Shown piece after piece: positions 1 to 9,360 of a stretch of 32,000 nt of DNA. The stretch comes from Vibrio vulnificus CMCP6. GTDB lineage: Bacteria; Pseudomonadota; Gammaproteobacteria; Enterobacterales; Vibrionaceae. Where the stretch lies: the NCBI RefSeq assembly GCF_000039765.1, contig NC_004460.2, positions 90,001 through 122,000 of the forward strand. Direction: 5' to 3'. Each line of letters begins with the position of its first letter. Position 1 is the first letter of the stretch. The position numbers and the translations under genes were made by a program. Below the pieces are notes generated by a model. That model did not search any database, was not told the DNA's origin, and saw nothing but the letters and a program-made list of their open reading frames with translations.

Positions 1-407
1 GATTGAGCTCAGAAAATGGTAATTCTTATCAGCTAAGATCATCAAGTTATGTAATTAGTCACACAGCATGTATAGACTTATATGAGTGCTATCCGTTCCG
101 AGTGGTTTATTGCAACTCCTTGTCGAAAACCTTGGTTCAAGAATTACTGAAAGAGAACAAAATTGATACGCGGTTTGTCTCAAGTTGGGTAAGCACGAGT
201 TCTGCAAGACTGATGAACAAAGAGTTGGAAAACCATGGCACCATCATGGTTTGTCCAGACTGGTCAGTTAGAGAGCCTAACTACAAGAAGATTCCTACTA
301 GCCAACAGGTCAATATGAATGTGGGGTTTAGCGAAGGGATGTCTGATGAGTTAGACAAAATTGGCTTAAAGGCGAAACTCAACGATCTTTTTGAACAGCA
401 TCATTAA
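1..407 (+). CDS. C-terminal part of a hypothetical protein, probably truncated by the window edge
   Basis: Open frame from the window start to the stop at 407. The listed start is a TTG at base 3 with no ribosome-binding site visible. No family recognised. Confidence 0.5.
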   Translation, partial: LSSENGNSYQLRSSSYVISHTACIDLYECYPFRVVYCNSLSKTLVQELLKENKIDTRFVSSWVSTSSARLMNKELENHGTIMVCPDWSVREPNYKKIPTSQQVNMNVGFSEGMSDELDKIGLKAKLNDLFEQHH

Positions 408-410
408 CAG

Positions 411-863
411 CTATCTGAGGACCAACAAGCTTAATAGCATAAACAAACAGCATGATGCAGAAATAGGTATTCCGTAAGGGATGCCTATTTTTTTTATCTC
501 CTTTTTGGCAATCAAGCAATACACATAAACACCTATTACAGTGATTCCACCAAATAAGCCGATATAGCAAATGGCTTCAATTGCATAGTCGGGTTTTACG
601 CCCACCATCATGACTGGAAAGTATTTTGCGTCACCACCACCCCAAAATCCTAATAGCCATAATATAAAACTGAATGCAAAGCATAATGTTGCAATTAAAA
701 AGGAGTGTAATAAATAACCATTTAGAAAAGCAAAAATAAAGCAACAAAGAAAAGTAAAAACAACGGTGTGGTTCGATATGACGCGAGATTTGGCATCAGT
801 AAATGATGCGTAGAGTGCTGTAAAAAATATTAATGTTATGGCGAGTTGCATAAATGTTTCCAA
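411..863 (-). CDS. tadV: Prepilin peptidase of the CpaA/TadV type (A24 family)
   Basis: Multi-TM 150 aa protein with the GGGDAK motif (FWGGGDAKYFP) and an N-terminal TDAKSRVI segment typical of short A24 peptidases. Lies next to the flp/tad genes. Confidence 0.88.
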   Translation of the reverse strand: METFMQLAITLIFFTALYASFTDAKSRVISNHTVVFTFLCCFIFAFLNGYLLHSFLIATLCFAFSFILWLLGFWGGGDAKYFPVMMVGVKPDYAIEAICYIGLFGGITVIGVYVYCLIAKKEIKKIGIPYGIPISASCCLFMLLSLLVLR

Positions 864-1050
864 AAATAAAGCCTATTTTATATTAGTTTGCACTTTCTTA
901 GTAACTATTATATTTATAGTGTCATAATGCTTTTTTATCATAACTTTGTATTATGGATATATAAATCTTATTCATTGGCGTTTGTTATTCCATTAGTTTA
1001 ATTTGTCTTCACCCCATAACGACACATTTTAAAGTTAATAAGAGGATAGT

Positions 1051-1341
1051 ATGTTTAACAAAGTTATGACAAAAGCGATTGAGTGGAAATTAAACTTCAA
1101 TGAAAGTATCTGTAAACTAAAAGAAGATGATCGTGCTGTAACGGCAGTAGAATATGCGATTATTGCCGTTGCTATGTCTGCCGTTTTATTAGCGATTTTC
1201 AAGAATGGTACTTTGACTGGTGCAATTACTGATGCGATGGATAGTGTTTCAAGTGCTATTTCTGCAGAAAATGGTGGTACTGGTGGTACTGGTGGTACTG
1301 GTGGTACTGGTGGTACTGGTGGTGGTGCAGCTGGCAGTTAA
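1051..1341 (+). CDS. flp: Flp-family type IVb pilin
   Basis: Short protein with a charged N-terminus followed by RAVTAVEYAIIAVAMSAVLLAIF (TAxEY pilin motif plus hydrophobic helix). Start preceded by AGAGGA. First gene of the tad cluster. Confidence 0.92.
   Translation: MFNKVMTKAIEWKLNFNESICKLKEDDRAVTAVEYAIIAVAMSAVLLAIFKNGTLTGAITDAMDSVSSAISAENGGTGGTGGTGGTGGTGGGAAGS
1273..1317 (+). repeat. In-frame tandem repeat, 5 x 9 bp GGTGGTACT, encoding (Gly-Gly-Thr)5 at the end of Flp
   Basis: Read directly: five identical adjacent copies of ggtggtact, then ggtggtggtgca. Confidence 0.97.
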
Positions 1342-1403
1342 TTACTTCCCAATATTGAATGGAGGGAAACCTCCATTTTTCTCTTATTAAAAAAGACAAA
1401 ATA

Positions 1404-2177
1404 ATGAATAGAGCCGTTATCATTCTTTTCCTTTCCCTTGCAATATTCAGCACGCTGTTTTTTCTTATGGGTGATATGTTTGAAACTGAAGAAGTTGTCG
1501 CAGCAGAACCTGTAATAGAGCCCACGGTAGTCTTACTTGAATTGACTCAAGGTGTTGAAAAATCTGGGATTGTATCTAAGTCTGTGTACAAGGAAATTGA
1601 AGTAAAACTATCTGAAGCACACAGCAACCGACACGCATTAAAGAACGAACTGAATATTCAACCAGGTGCGCTTTTTAACCGACCGTTACTCAAAGGAACC
1701 ATATTGTCGAACGATGTGATCAGTAACCCTGGTGATCGTGATTATATGTTCTTGTCTCTAAAAAAAGATGAAGTGCCTTATTATTACGAACCATCCAGTT
1801 CAAATATTATTGAGAATATCACTTTGCAACCAGGTGACAGCGTCAGTTTTGTTTCCACTACATCATCAAGATCTAATTTACTAGAAACTGGTTATAAAGA
1901 TATTGGACATCTCGTTAGTAAAATCATTATTAGCGATGCAAAGGTCATACAAGTCATTAAGTCAGAGAGAAATGTAAATACTACAAAAGCTTCTGAGTCG
2001 CAAAATAGTTTGGTCATTGCGTTGAAAGTACCGCAGGTATTGAAGCTAGAAATGGCACAAAAGATTGGTGATATCAGTATTGTTCCTTCCAGCGTAGCTA
2101 AGCGTTACCTATCGATTCGCAGTAGCGATATTCTGGAAGATCAATTTGGCGTTAGAGAATTACGTGGTAAGGAATAA
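1404..2177 (+). CDS. cpaB: Flp pilus assembly protein CpaB/RcpC
   Basis: N-terminal TM (MNRAVIILFLSLAIFSTLFFLMG), SAF-like segment with PGDRDYMFLSL and LQPGDSVSFVSTT, position between flp and the secretin. The track start at 1359 is probably upstream of the true ATG at 1404. Confidence 0.78.
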   Translation: MNRAVIILFLSLAIFSTLFFLMGDMFETEEVVAAEPVIEPTVVLLELTQGVEKSGIVSKSVYKEIEVKLSEAHSNRHALKNELNIQPGALFNRPLLKGTILSNDVISNPGDRDYMFLSLKKDEVPYYYEPSSSNIIENITLQPGDSVSFVSTTSSRSNLLETGYKDIGHLVSKIIISDAKVIQVIKSERNVNTTKASESQNSLVIALKVPQVLKLEMAQKIGDISIVPSSVAKRYLSIRSSDILEDQFGVRELRGKE

Positions 2178-2179
2178 AA

Positions 2180-3505
2180 ATGAAAAAAACATTAATGTGT
2201 TTACTAATCACCACGATTGGCGTTGTCTCTTTATCGGTTAATTCTAATGAACTAATGAATTTAAATCAGGGTTCAGCAAAAACTATCTCTTTGAAACGTC
2301 AAATTTCAACTGTATTTGTAGGTGCCCCAGAAATTGCCGACTATAAAATCATCGATGAAACCAAAGTGGTAGTTTACGGTGTTGGTCTTGGTGCGACTTC
2401 TGTAATTGTCTATGACCGAGCCGGAAATGAGCTTTATAACGCGGAAGTGGTGGTTAATAAAAGTCTGCGATTGGTAAAACAGACGTTGATTGCCCGTTTT
2501 CCAGATGAGTCTATCAACATTACCAATGTAGGCGAGCAGGTTGTTCTTGACGGGGTGGTAAGCAGTGAGGAAGTAAAAACTCAGATTTATCGTACCGTCG
2601 GCGAAATGCTTAAGAAAAGCGTCACTCGTAATACGCTTACTCTACAAGATACGAGCGGTGGACAAGTTGATTCTTTGGATTACACCGCCACTTATATTTA
2701 CGACAACATTATCAACAATCTCAAGGTGCTGACTACCGAGCAGATCAACGTCAAACTAACAGTAGCCGAAGTATCGAGCTCGTTTCTATCTGAGCTAGGT
2801 GTCTCTTATTCAGACAGTGGTCAGGCGGGGCGTTTTGTGAACAAACTGCTTGATTTTACGGCTCAGGACATCGTTGCGGTAATTACTGCTAGTGGTGACG
2901 ACCAAATTGGTCGTGTACTTGCCGAACCCAATCTTTCGGTGATTTCTGGTGAAACCGCAAGCTTTCTTGTTGGTGGTGAATTGCCAATCGCGATCCGTGA
3001 TGAGAGCGGAATTAGCGTGTCTTATAAAGAATATGGTGTGAAGTTGTCTATGGTCGCCAAGGTGACGGATTCGGAAAACATTCGCTTATCACTGTTGCCA
3101 GAAGTCAGCTCTATCGACGAAGAAAACAAGACCGCGAATGGTTTGATCAATGTACCTGCGCTACGTACACGTAAAGCTCAAACGACCGTTCAACTAAAGG
3201 ATGGCCAGAGTTTTGTATTGGCAGGTTTGTTAACGTCAGAAGAGCGTGAGTCATTAAGCAAAATCCCTGTATTGGGTGATATTCCTATTCTTGGTGCGTT
3301 GTTCAGCCATACAAAATCCAATCAAACCAAGACTGAATTAATCATTGTCGCCACGGTGAACTTGGTTGACCCAGTCAAAGCGGAAGACATCAAACTACCA
3401 AGTTTCCGTCGCACCAGTGATATCGAGCGTCTACTGAGAATCGACCTCTCATCAATGAATGAACCTGAGTTGGAAGATACGTTGAACAAAGGGGGATTCA
3501 ATTAA
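2180..3505 (+). CDS. rcpA: Type II/IV secretin of the Tad system (CpaC/RcpA)
   Basis: Signal peptide, N-terminal pilus-assembly domain, and secretin C-terminus with VLAEPNLSVISGETASFLVGGELPI...VPALRTRKAQTTVQLKDGQSFVLAGLLTSEERESLSKIPVLGDIPILGALF. Confidence 0.93.
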   Translation: MKKTLMCLLITTIGVVSLSVNSNELMNLNQGSAKTISLKRQISTVFVGAPEIADYKIIDETKVVVYGVGLGATSVIVYDRAGNELYNAEVVVNKSLRLVKQTLIARFPDESINITNVGEQVVLDGVVSSEEVKTQIYRTVGEMLKKSVTRNTLTLQDTSGGQVDSLDYTATYIYDNIINNLKVLTTEQINVKLTVAEVSSSFLSELGVSYSDSGQAGRFVNKLLDFTAQDIVAVITASGDDQIGRVLAEPNLSVISGETASFLVGGELPIAIRDESGISVSYKEYGVKLSMVAKVTDSENIRLSLLPEVSSIDEENKTANGLINVPALRTRKAQTTVQLKDGQSFVLAGLLTSEERESLSKIPVLGDIPILGALFSHTKSNQTKTELIIVATVNLVDPVKAEDIKLPSFRRTSDIERLLRIDLSSMNEPELEDTLNKGGFN

Positions 3506-3966
3506 TGAAAAAATGGTTATTGGTTTTATTTGTTTTGCTTCTGAACGCTTGTTCAAACGTCAATATTTCAAACACCAGTGTGATGGAACAGCTTCAAGAG
3601 AGCTATGAGTTTGATGCAACAGGCAAAGAGTATTCGGTATCTCGCGCCATGTCATTTATCAACGAAGTCAATGAGCGTGAACCGAAAGCAAAATTCAAGA
3701 TCTACTATCAACCAAGTGCGAGTGAATTTATCGATAAGCTTTTGGTGCAGCTAAAAAGTTCAAAAATTAGCAAGATCCGCTACGAAGTTGAAATTGCGCC
3801 GAATGAACAGAAAAAAGCCATTCTAATTCAAGCTCAGTATGTTCATATCCGCAGTCAAAACTGTGGAAGTCTCGCATTTTCAAGCAAAGATGAATACCGA
3901 TTCGGTTGCGCGTTAGAACACAACCGAAACATTAGTTTGGTTAACCCATTGAAGAGTACTTACTGA
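3505..3966 (+). CDS. rcpB: Tad pilus outer-membrane lipoprotein, RcpB/CpaD-like position
   Basis: Lipoprotein signal (LLLNACSNVN), CGSLAFSSKDEYRFGCALEHNRN segment resembling CpaD/RcpB C-termini. Start overlaps the rcpA stop (TAATG), between secretin and tadZ. Confidence 0.62.
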   Translation: MKKWLLVLFVLLLNACSNVNISNTSVMEQLQESYEFDATGKEYSVSRAMSFINEVNEREPKAKFKIYYQPSASEFIDKLLVQLKSSKISKIRYEVEIAPNEQKKAILIQAQYVHIRSQNCGSLAFSSKDEYRFGCALEHNRNISLVNPLKSTY

Positions 3967-5168
3967 TGATGGATCTCGATACATTATTTAAAAGTTCATC
4001 CTCAAAAAGAAAAGGTGGCAACACCAACCAAGATTTGATCGTGTCTGACGATTCGGGGTTTCTTGCTGCCGTTGATGAACTGTACGCAATCGAGGGGTTT
4101 GAAAAGCCCCTCAAAGTAACCGATTTGGATGAAGAAACAACCTGGAATCGCAGTGACGTCACCTTAAATCACGTCATTTTGGATATGCGTAATAACCAAA
4201 ACATGGTGGAGGAGGTTTCTGATATTGCGACCCGTCTTGATGTCAGCATCAAGCTTTTGGTTATTAGTAATTTTGATTCGATCAAGTTACGCGACCGTGT
4301 GCAGTCGTGCGGTGCCAGCTACATTCTTTGGGATGAAGAGCTCGATGGATTATTAGCGAGCTTAAAGCGTGACATTGCAGAAGCATCAAAAAGCGGTAAG
4401 ACACGTATTGCGAAAAGAATCCTTATCTTGGGTACAAAAGGTGGTATCGGGGTTTCTTGTATTAGTAGCGTGTTGGCCAATGCATTGGTTAAAAATGCCA
4501 ACCTAAAAACTCTAGTGGTTGATCACGATTCAGGTGCGATGAATGGCGATATTTTTCTCGGTGTTAAGGGGTACAAAATCAAGGAAAACAGTATCGATTT
4601 GAATCAGTCAGAGATCGATTCTGCCATTGCCACCACGTATCTGTGTAAAGTGACCGAAAAGCTGGACTATTTAGCCTTGGAAAAAACCACTGCGTGCCTG
4701 AGCGATCATGCATCGACTCTATTCAGTCTTTCTTCAGAACTGGTTGATAAATATAACTTTATTATTGATTCGGTACCGATGAGTTCCTTTGAAGAGGTTC
4801 ACGACCAAGATTTAGCGGATAAATACCACCGGATTTACTTAGTTTGTGAACCGTCTGTCTCTTCATTACGCGCTTACAACCGATTCAAAAAGAAAATCGG
4901 TAAGGCGGAGCATCAGGTGATTTTTAGCCAGACACGTCCTCACAAAGATTATTTGGTGACACTAAAAAGTGCCAAAGAGCGAATCAAATGCCATTCGTCT
5001 GTCGATTTTGCCTATGAACCGGGTTTGGAACAAAAGCTGATTCAAATGGGCACCAGTGGCTTGATGAAGAGCAAATACGCGACGTCTATCGCTGAAATGG
5101 TTTCGTCTCTTACCGGAAAGCAAATCCAGACTAAAAACGCTAAAAAATTCACGTTGTTTAAAAAATGA
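3966..5168 (+). CDS. tadZ: Pilus assembly protein TadZ/CpaE (receiver-like N-terminus plus ParA/MinD-like ATPase)
   Basis: ILGTKGGIGVSCISSVLANALVKNANLKTLVVDHDSGAMNGDIFLG resembles a deviant Walker A / MinD-type fold. Positioned before tadA. Confidence 0.85.
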   Translation: MMDLDTLFKSSSSKRKGGNTNQDLIVSDDSGFLAAVDELYAIEGFEKPLKVTDLDEETTWNRSDVTLNHVILDMRNNQNMVEEVSDIATRLDVSIKLLVISNFDSIKLRDRVQSCGASYILWDEELDGLLASLKRDIAEASKSGKTRIAKRILILGTKGGIGVSCISSVLANALVKNANLKTLVVDHDSGAMNGDIFLGVKGYKIKENSIDLNQSEIDSAIATTYLCKVTEKLDYLALEKTTACLSDHASTLFSLSSELVDKYNFIIDSVPMSSFEEVHDQDLADKYHRIYLVCEPSVSSLRAYNRFKKKIGKAEHQVIFSQTRPHKDYLVTLKSAKERIKCHSSVDFAYEPGLEQKLIQMGTSGLMKSKYATSIAEMVSSLTGKQIQTKNAKKFTLFKK

Positions 5169-6430
5169 ATCAACTAAAGCAGATCTATCTCGACTTGCGA
5201 GATGAAATTTTTGATGCGATTGATGCCTCAACCTTAAGCGAAATCAGTAACGAAGAGCTGGCGGAGCAGTTGTCGGAGTCGGTCAATATCTTGATCGACA
5301 AAAAACAACTGCAGGTGAGTTCGCTAAAGCGTGCCGAGCTAGTTAAAGCGCTTTACGATGAACTTAAAGGGTTGGGACCACTGCAAAAATTGGTCGAAAA
5401 TGACGATATCTCGGACATCATGATCAATGGTCCATATGACGTCTTTATTGAAATTGGCGGTAAGGTAGAAAAGTCACCGATCCAATTCGTCAATGAAAAG
5501 CAGCTGAATACTATTGCCAAGCGCATTGCATCGAATGTTGGTCGCCGCATCGATGAGTCATCTCCTTTGTGTGATGCGCGATTAAAAGACGGTAGCCGTG
5601 TCAATATCGTTATTCCTCCATTGGCAATTGATGGCACCTCCATCTCTATTCGTAAATTCAAAGAGCAAAAGATCAAACTAGAAAACTTGGTTGAGTTTGG
5701 CGCCATGTCGATAGAAATGGCCAAGTTGTTGTCTATCGCCAGCCACTGTAAATGCAATATTTTGATCTCTGGTGGTACCGGTTCGGGGAAAACAACCTTG
5801 CTCAACGCGCTGTCGGGATTTATCGGTGAGGGCGAACGTGTGGTCACCATTGAAGATGCGGCCGAATTGCAGTTGCAAAAGCCTCATATCGTTCGGTTAG
5901 AAACACGTCAAGCAAGTGTTGAAGGCACGGGGCAGATCACGGCTCGTGACCTAGTTATCAACGCCCTGCGTATGCGTCCGGACCGTATTATTGTTGGTGA
6001 GTGTCGTGGTGCAGAGGCTTTTGAGATGTTGCAGGCGATGAACACCGGCCATGATGGTTCAATGTCTACATTGCACGCCAACACGCCGCGAGATGCAATT
6101 GCACGTACAGAAAGCATGGTGATGATGGCAACTGCATCGCTACCATTGGAGGCGATACGCCGCACCATCGTGAGTGCGGTGGATTTGATTGTCCAGGTAA
6201 GGCGTCTCCACGATGGCAGCCGTAAAGTCATGTACATCAGTGAAATTGTCGGGCTAGAAGGTAACAATGTGGTGATGGAAGATATTTTCCGATTTGAAAC
6301 CACAGGCAGCTTTGATAGCGGCAAGATCCAAGGTGAGTTTCGCTCGCCTGGTTTGTCAAAGCGCTCGGTTATTTATGAGCGAGCTCGTTTCTTTGGTTTA
6401 GAAGATACGGTCCGGGAGTTGTTTTCATGA
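5165..6430 (+). CDS. tadA: Tad secretion ATPase TadA/CpaF
   Basis: GGTGSGKTTLLNALSG Walker A, VTIEDAAELQL Asp box, RPDRIIVGECRGAEAF Walker B, TGHDGSMSTLHAN His box. Overlaps tadZ by 4 bp. Confidence 0.96.
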   Translation: MNQLKQIYLDLRDEIFDAIDASTLSEISNEELAEQLSESVNILIDKKQLQVSSLKRAELVKALYDELKGLGPLQKLVENDDISDIMINGPYDVFIEIGGKVEKSPIQFVNEKQLNTIAKRIASNVGRRIDESSPLCDARLKDGSRVNIVIPPLAIDGTSISIRKFKEQKIKLENLVEFGAMSIEMAKLLSIASHCKCNILISGGTGSGKTTLLNALSGFIGEGERVVTIEDAAELQLQKPHIVRLETRQASVEGTGQITARDLVINALRMRPDRIIVGECRGAEAFEMLQAMNTGHDGSMSTLHANTPRDAIARTESMVMMATASLPLEAIRRTIVSAVDLIVQVRRLHDGSRKVMYISEIVGLEGNNVVMEDIFRFETTGSFDSGKIQGEFRSPGLSKRSVIYERARFFGLEDTVRELFS

Positions 6431-7344
6431 TGTGGCTAATGGTGCTCTCTTGGGTAGCTCTTGCTATCTATTTTGTCACGCATAAGAAGAAACAAGAAAA
6501 AGCGATCCAGCGTATTATCGAGCTCGAACAAGATTTTGAAGGGGTTAAAGGGCAAAGAACCGTCATTGATGCGCAAAAATTTGAAGTGAGTTTTCGCGCC
6601 AAAGTTCGTCGTCATTTTAAAGCGTTTGTGACCATTTTGATGCCCAATCCAATTAAGAAGATCGGGTTGTTCTTGTTAGTCACGGCGATCGCGCTCTACT
6701 TGACTAATGACTTCGTTTTACAGATGAATTTTCTGACGTTGCTGATGTATGCACAACCACCTTTATTTGTTGTGTTCGTGATTAAACTTCAACAAGCCAA
6801 AGCAGCTAAGTTTAAAGAAGATTTTCCAGATGCGCTTAACATACTTTCTGGTGCACTTTCTTCAGGCCAAAGTATTGTTCATGCATTTGAGTATGTGGGG
6901 AATCAACTACAAAACGAAGTAGGGAAGCAATTTAAGTTGATGGCGGAACGCTTGCTGATGGGGGAGGACCCCGATGATGTTCTGTCAAGAAGTGCCGCCT
7001 CTTTCCCATATGTAGAATACTTTTTCTTTGCGGCGACTATTCGCATTAACCTGAGTCGCGGTGGTCAATTAAAAGAGGTTATCTCTCGTATTAACCGCAT
7101 CATGTTTGAAGCGCGCGCTATCGACAAGAAGAAAAATGCTCTGACTTCAGAAGCCCGAATGTCAGCCAAAATCATTGCTTGTTTACCCGTTGTCTTCTTG
7201 TTGATTTTGAAATTTACAAGCCCAGAAAATTATAATTATGTAATGTTTGAGGAAGGTGGGAAGCCGATATTTTACTACGTTCTTACTAGTGAAATTATTG
7301 GATTTATTTGCATCTGGTTTATTTTGCGAGGGGTGAAGTCATGA
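6427..7344 (+). CDS. tadB: Tad inner-membrane protein TadB
   Basis: T2SSF-type domain with DALNILSGALSSGQSIVHAFEYV and ALTSEARMSAKIIACLPVVF near the C-terminal TMs. Overlaps tadA by 4 bp. Confidence 0.9.
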   Translation: MMWLMVLSWVALAIYFVTHKKKQEKAIQRIIELEQDFEGVKGQRTVIDAQKFEVSFRAKVRRHFKAFVTILMPNPIKKIGLFLLVTAIALYLTNDFVLQMNFLTLLMYAQPPLFVVFVIKLQQAKAAKFKEDFPDALNILSGALSSGQSIVHAFEYVGNQLQNEVGKQFKLMAERLLMGEDPDDVLSRSAASFPYVEYFFFAATIRINLSRGGQLKEVISRINRIMFEARAIDKKKNALTSEARMSAKIIACLPVVFLLILKFTSPENYNYVMFEEGGKPIFYYVLTSEIIGFICIWFILRGVKS

Positions 7345-8219
7345 GCCTTTCGCTATCTGGCGTTATTTTTATTTTTGTCGCTCTTATTATTTCTGTTGTT
7401 GTGGCTGTTTTTGCTTTAAAAGTTTGGGATGAAACCAGAGCGGAAATATCAGTTAGAAAAATAATTGGTTCAACAAAAGAACAAAAAAAACGTGATGATC
7501 TTTTTTTATCCTTCTTCAAGCGTTTTAGTTTTAATAAAGACGAAACAAAAAAGAAATTGGTAGCAGCTGGAGTTTATAGTGATTTCATTGCTCAGACTTA
7601 TTATTTGTTCAAAATAATTCCTTTATTCTTGACGATTTTAATTAGTGTTTATTTGATGAGCATAAAAGTCTTAGATACTAATGAGCTCATACTAACGATA
7701 GCGCTGGGAATGGTCATTTTTGTTGTTGGACCGGATATGTATATATCGTCTAGAGCGAATAGCATTACTCGACACATTAGCTCACGTTTACCCTTCTTGT
7801 TAGATCTAATGAACGTGTGTGTCCATACGGGTATGACCATTGAAGCGACACTTGAGTACTTAGCTAAAGAGTTGCAAACGGTTGATAAATACCTGGCATT
7901 TACTGTCAATGTGACTGTTCAGCGCTCAAAAGTGATTGGAATAAACAAAGCGCTAGAAGAGTTTTATGAAATGGTGCCCTCGAGTGAGGCGCAAAGTTTT
8001 GTAATGACGCTCATTCAAAGTTTGCAATTTGGTTCTTCAGTTGGCCAAGTGTTAGGCACACTTGCCACCGATATTCGCCAAATTAATATGATGGAACTCG
8101 AAGAGAAAATAGGAAAGCTTGGTGCAAAAATGTCAATTCCTATGATCGTGTTTATTATGTTGCCCATCATTATTTTGATTATTGCTCCAGGAATTATGAG
8201 GATGTTCTCTAATGGCTAA
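7341..8219 (+). CDS. tadC: Tad inner-membrane protein TadC
   Basis: LPFLLDLMNVCVHTGMTIEATLEYLAKEL and EEKIGKLGAKMSIPMIVFIMLPIIILIIAPGIMRM. ATG at 7341 is preferred over the track start at 7308. Confidence 0.9.
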   Translation: MSLSLSGVIFIFVALIISVVVAVFALKVWDETRAEISVRKIIGSTKEQKKRDDLFLSFFKRFSFNKDETKKKLVAAGVYSDFIAQTYYLFKIIPLFLTILISVYLMSIKVLDTNELILTIALGMVIFVVGPDMYISSRANSITRHISSRLPFLLDLMNVCVHTGMTIEATLEYLAKELQTVDKYLAFTVNVTVQRSKVIGINKALEEFYEMVPSSEAQSFVMTLIQSLQFGSSVGQVLGTLATDIRQINMMELEEKIGKLGAKMSIPMIVFIMLPIIILIIAPGIMRMFSNG

Positions 8220-9360
8220 TTGGCTAATTAAAGTCGTAATATTTAGTTTAATGGTTGGATGTTCATCCATAAGTTCAGAGCTTCAAACTAAAGAACGTTT
8301 GTTATTGAGTTCGGGTGAAAACCAGCAGTTGGTCGAATTCTACAAGGGTAATTTGGCGGAAGTACCAAGTTATAAGGTGAAATTGGTTAACCTCTATTTG
8401 GAGATGGGGGATATCAAGTCAGCCGAACTTTATACCAATACTTATACGGCCAAAGATTTGGATGAGCCAGATTATATCTACAGTTTGGCGAACTTAAACT
8501 ATAAGAAAAAACGCTACGATTCAGCACTGCAAGAGAGCGAGAAATTCCTCGATGAAGGTGGAGATGAGGCAGCCTATCATCTGCTAGTTGGTAAGATTTA
8601 CGCGCAACGTAAAGAGTATGAAACGGCTATTCAGCATTTCGAAGAAAGTCGTAAAAGTGGCGCTTCGGATAGAGAGGCGGGCAACAATATCGCTGTGGTC
8701 TACCTTTTGCAAAATCGTTATGTCGAAGCGACGGAAATTCTTTATGACCTTTATGTCGCTATGCCAAGTGATGCCAAAGTTCGGTCGAATCTCATCATCT
8801 CATCCGTGCAGTCCAACCGCCCTGATATTGCTCTGGAAGTGTTAAAACATGAAAAGGGCGAAGAAGAGGCGAGAAAACAGTTGGCGGCATTAATGAAAAC
8901 TGTCAACAAAGGAAAGAACAAAGGGAAGAAAGCCGTGCAGCCACAAGTCGCTCAAATAAACAAAGATACGACCCGAGCTACTGTTGTACAGACTGCTCAA
9001 GTGACACCAAAAGCGCAAGAAGAAATAAAAAAAGTGGAGCAGGCCAAGCCAGTTAATAACGTAGTGACTGCTAATAACGTAGTGCCTGTAAGTAAGCTCG
9101 ATGTGAATAACCTCAAGCCTAAAGCGCCATCACTGTATCGTATTCAAGTGCTGGCTTCTTACAAAGCCGTACCGAACGATTATCTCAATTTCCTAAAAGC
9201 CAACTACGGAACCGTCTACTCGTATACGCATGGTTTATGGAAGCGCTACTGCATTGGTGAATTTACTGACATAGAGGAAGCGAAAGCGTTTCTCAATAGC
9301 TTAAACATCAAAGGTGCCTTTGTTGTGGATTACACCAAGAAGAGGTATGTCGAGCTATGA
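8212..9360 (+). CDS. tadD: TadD-like TPR lipoprotein with C-terminal SPOR-like domain
   Basis: Lipoprotein-like N-terminus (FSLMVGCSS), repeated TPR-like helices, and C-terminal LYRIQVLASYKAVPNDYLNFLKANYGTVY...RYCIGEFTDIEEAKAFLNSL resembling SPOR. Confidence 0.82.
   Translation: MANWLIKVVIFSLMVGCSSISSELQTKERLLLSSGENQQLVEFYKGNLAEVPSYKVKLVNLYLEMGDIKSAELYTNTYTAKDLDEPDYIYSLANLNYKKKRYDSALQESEKFLDEGGDEAAYHLLVGKIYAQRKEYETAIQHFEESRKSGASDREAGNNIAVVYLLQNRYVEATEILYDLYVAMPSDAKVRSNLIISSVQSNRPDIALEVLKHEKGEEEARKQLAALMKTVNKGKNKGKKAVQPQVAQINKDTTRATVVQTAQVTPKAQEEIKKVEQAKPVNNVVTANNVVPVSKLDVNNLKPKAPSLYRIQVLASYKAVPNDYLNFLKANYGTVYSYTHGLWKRYCIGEFTDIEEAKAFLNSLNIKGAFVVDYTKKRYVEL

Noticed and set aside
1273-1323. Tandem repeats considered as a possible CRISPR or satellite
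   Set aside because: 9-bp contiguous units with no spacers, in frame in the pilin gene; a coding microsatellite rather than an array.
1256-1525. 89-aa minus-strand ORF with repeated QYHQYH sequence
   Set aside because: The HQY repeats are just the antisense reading of the GGTGGTACT tandem repeat in flp.
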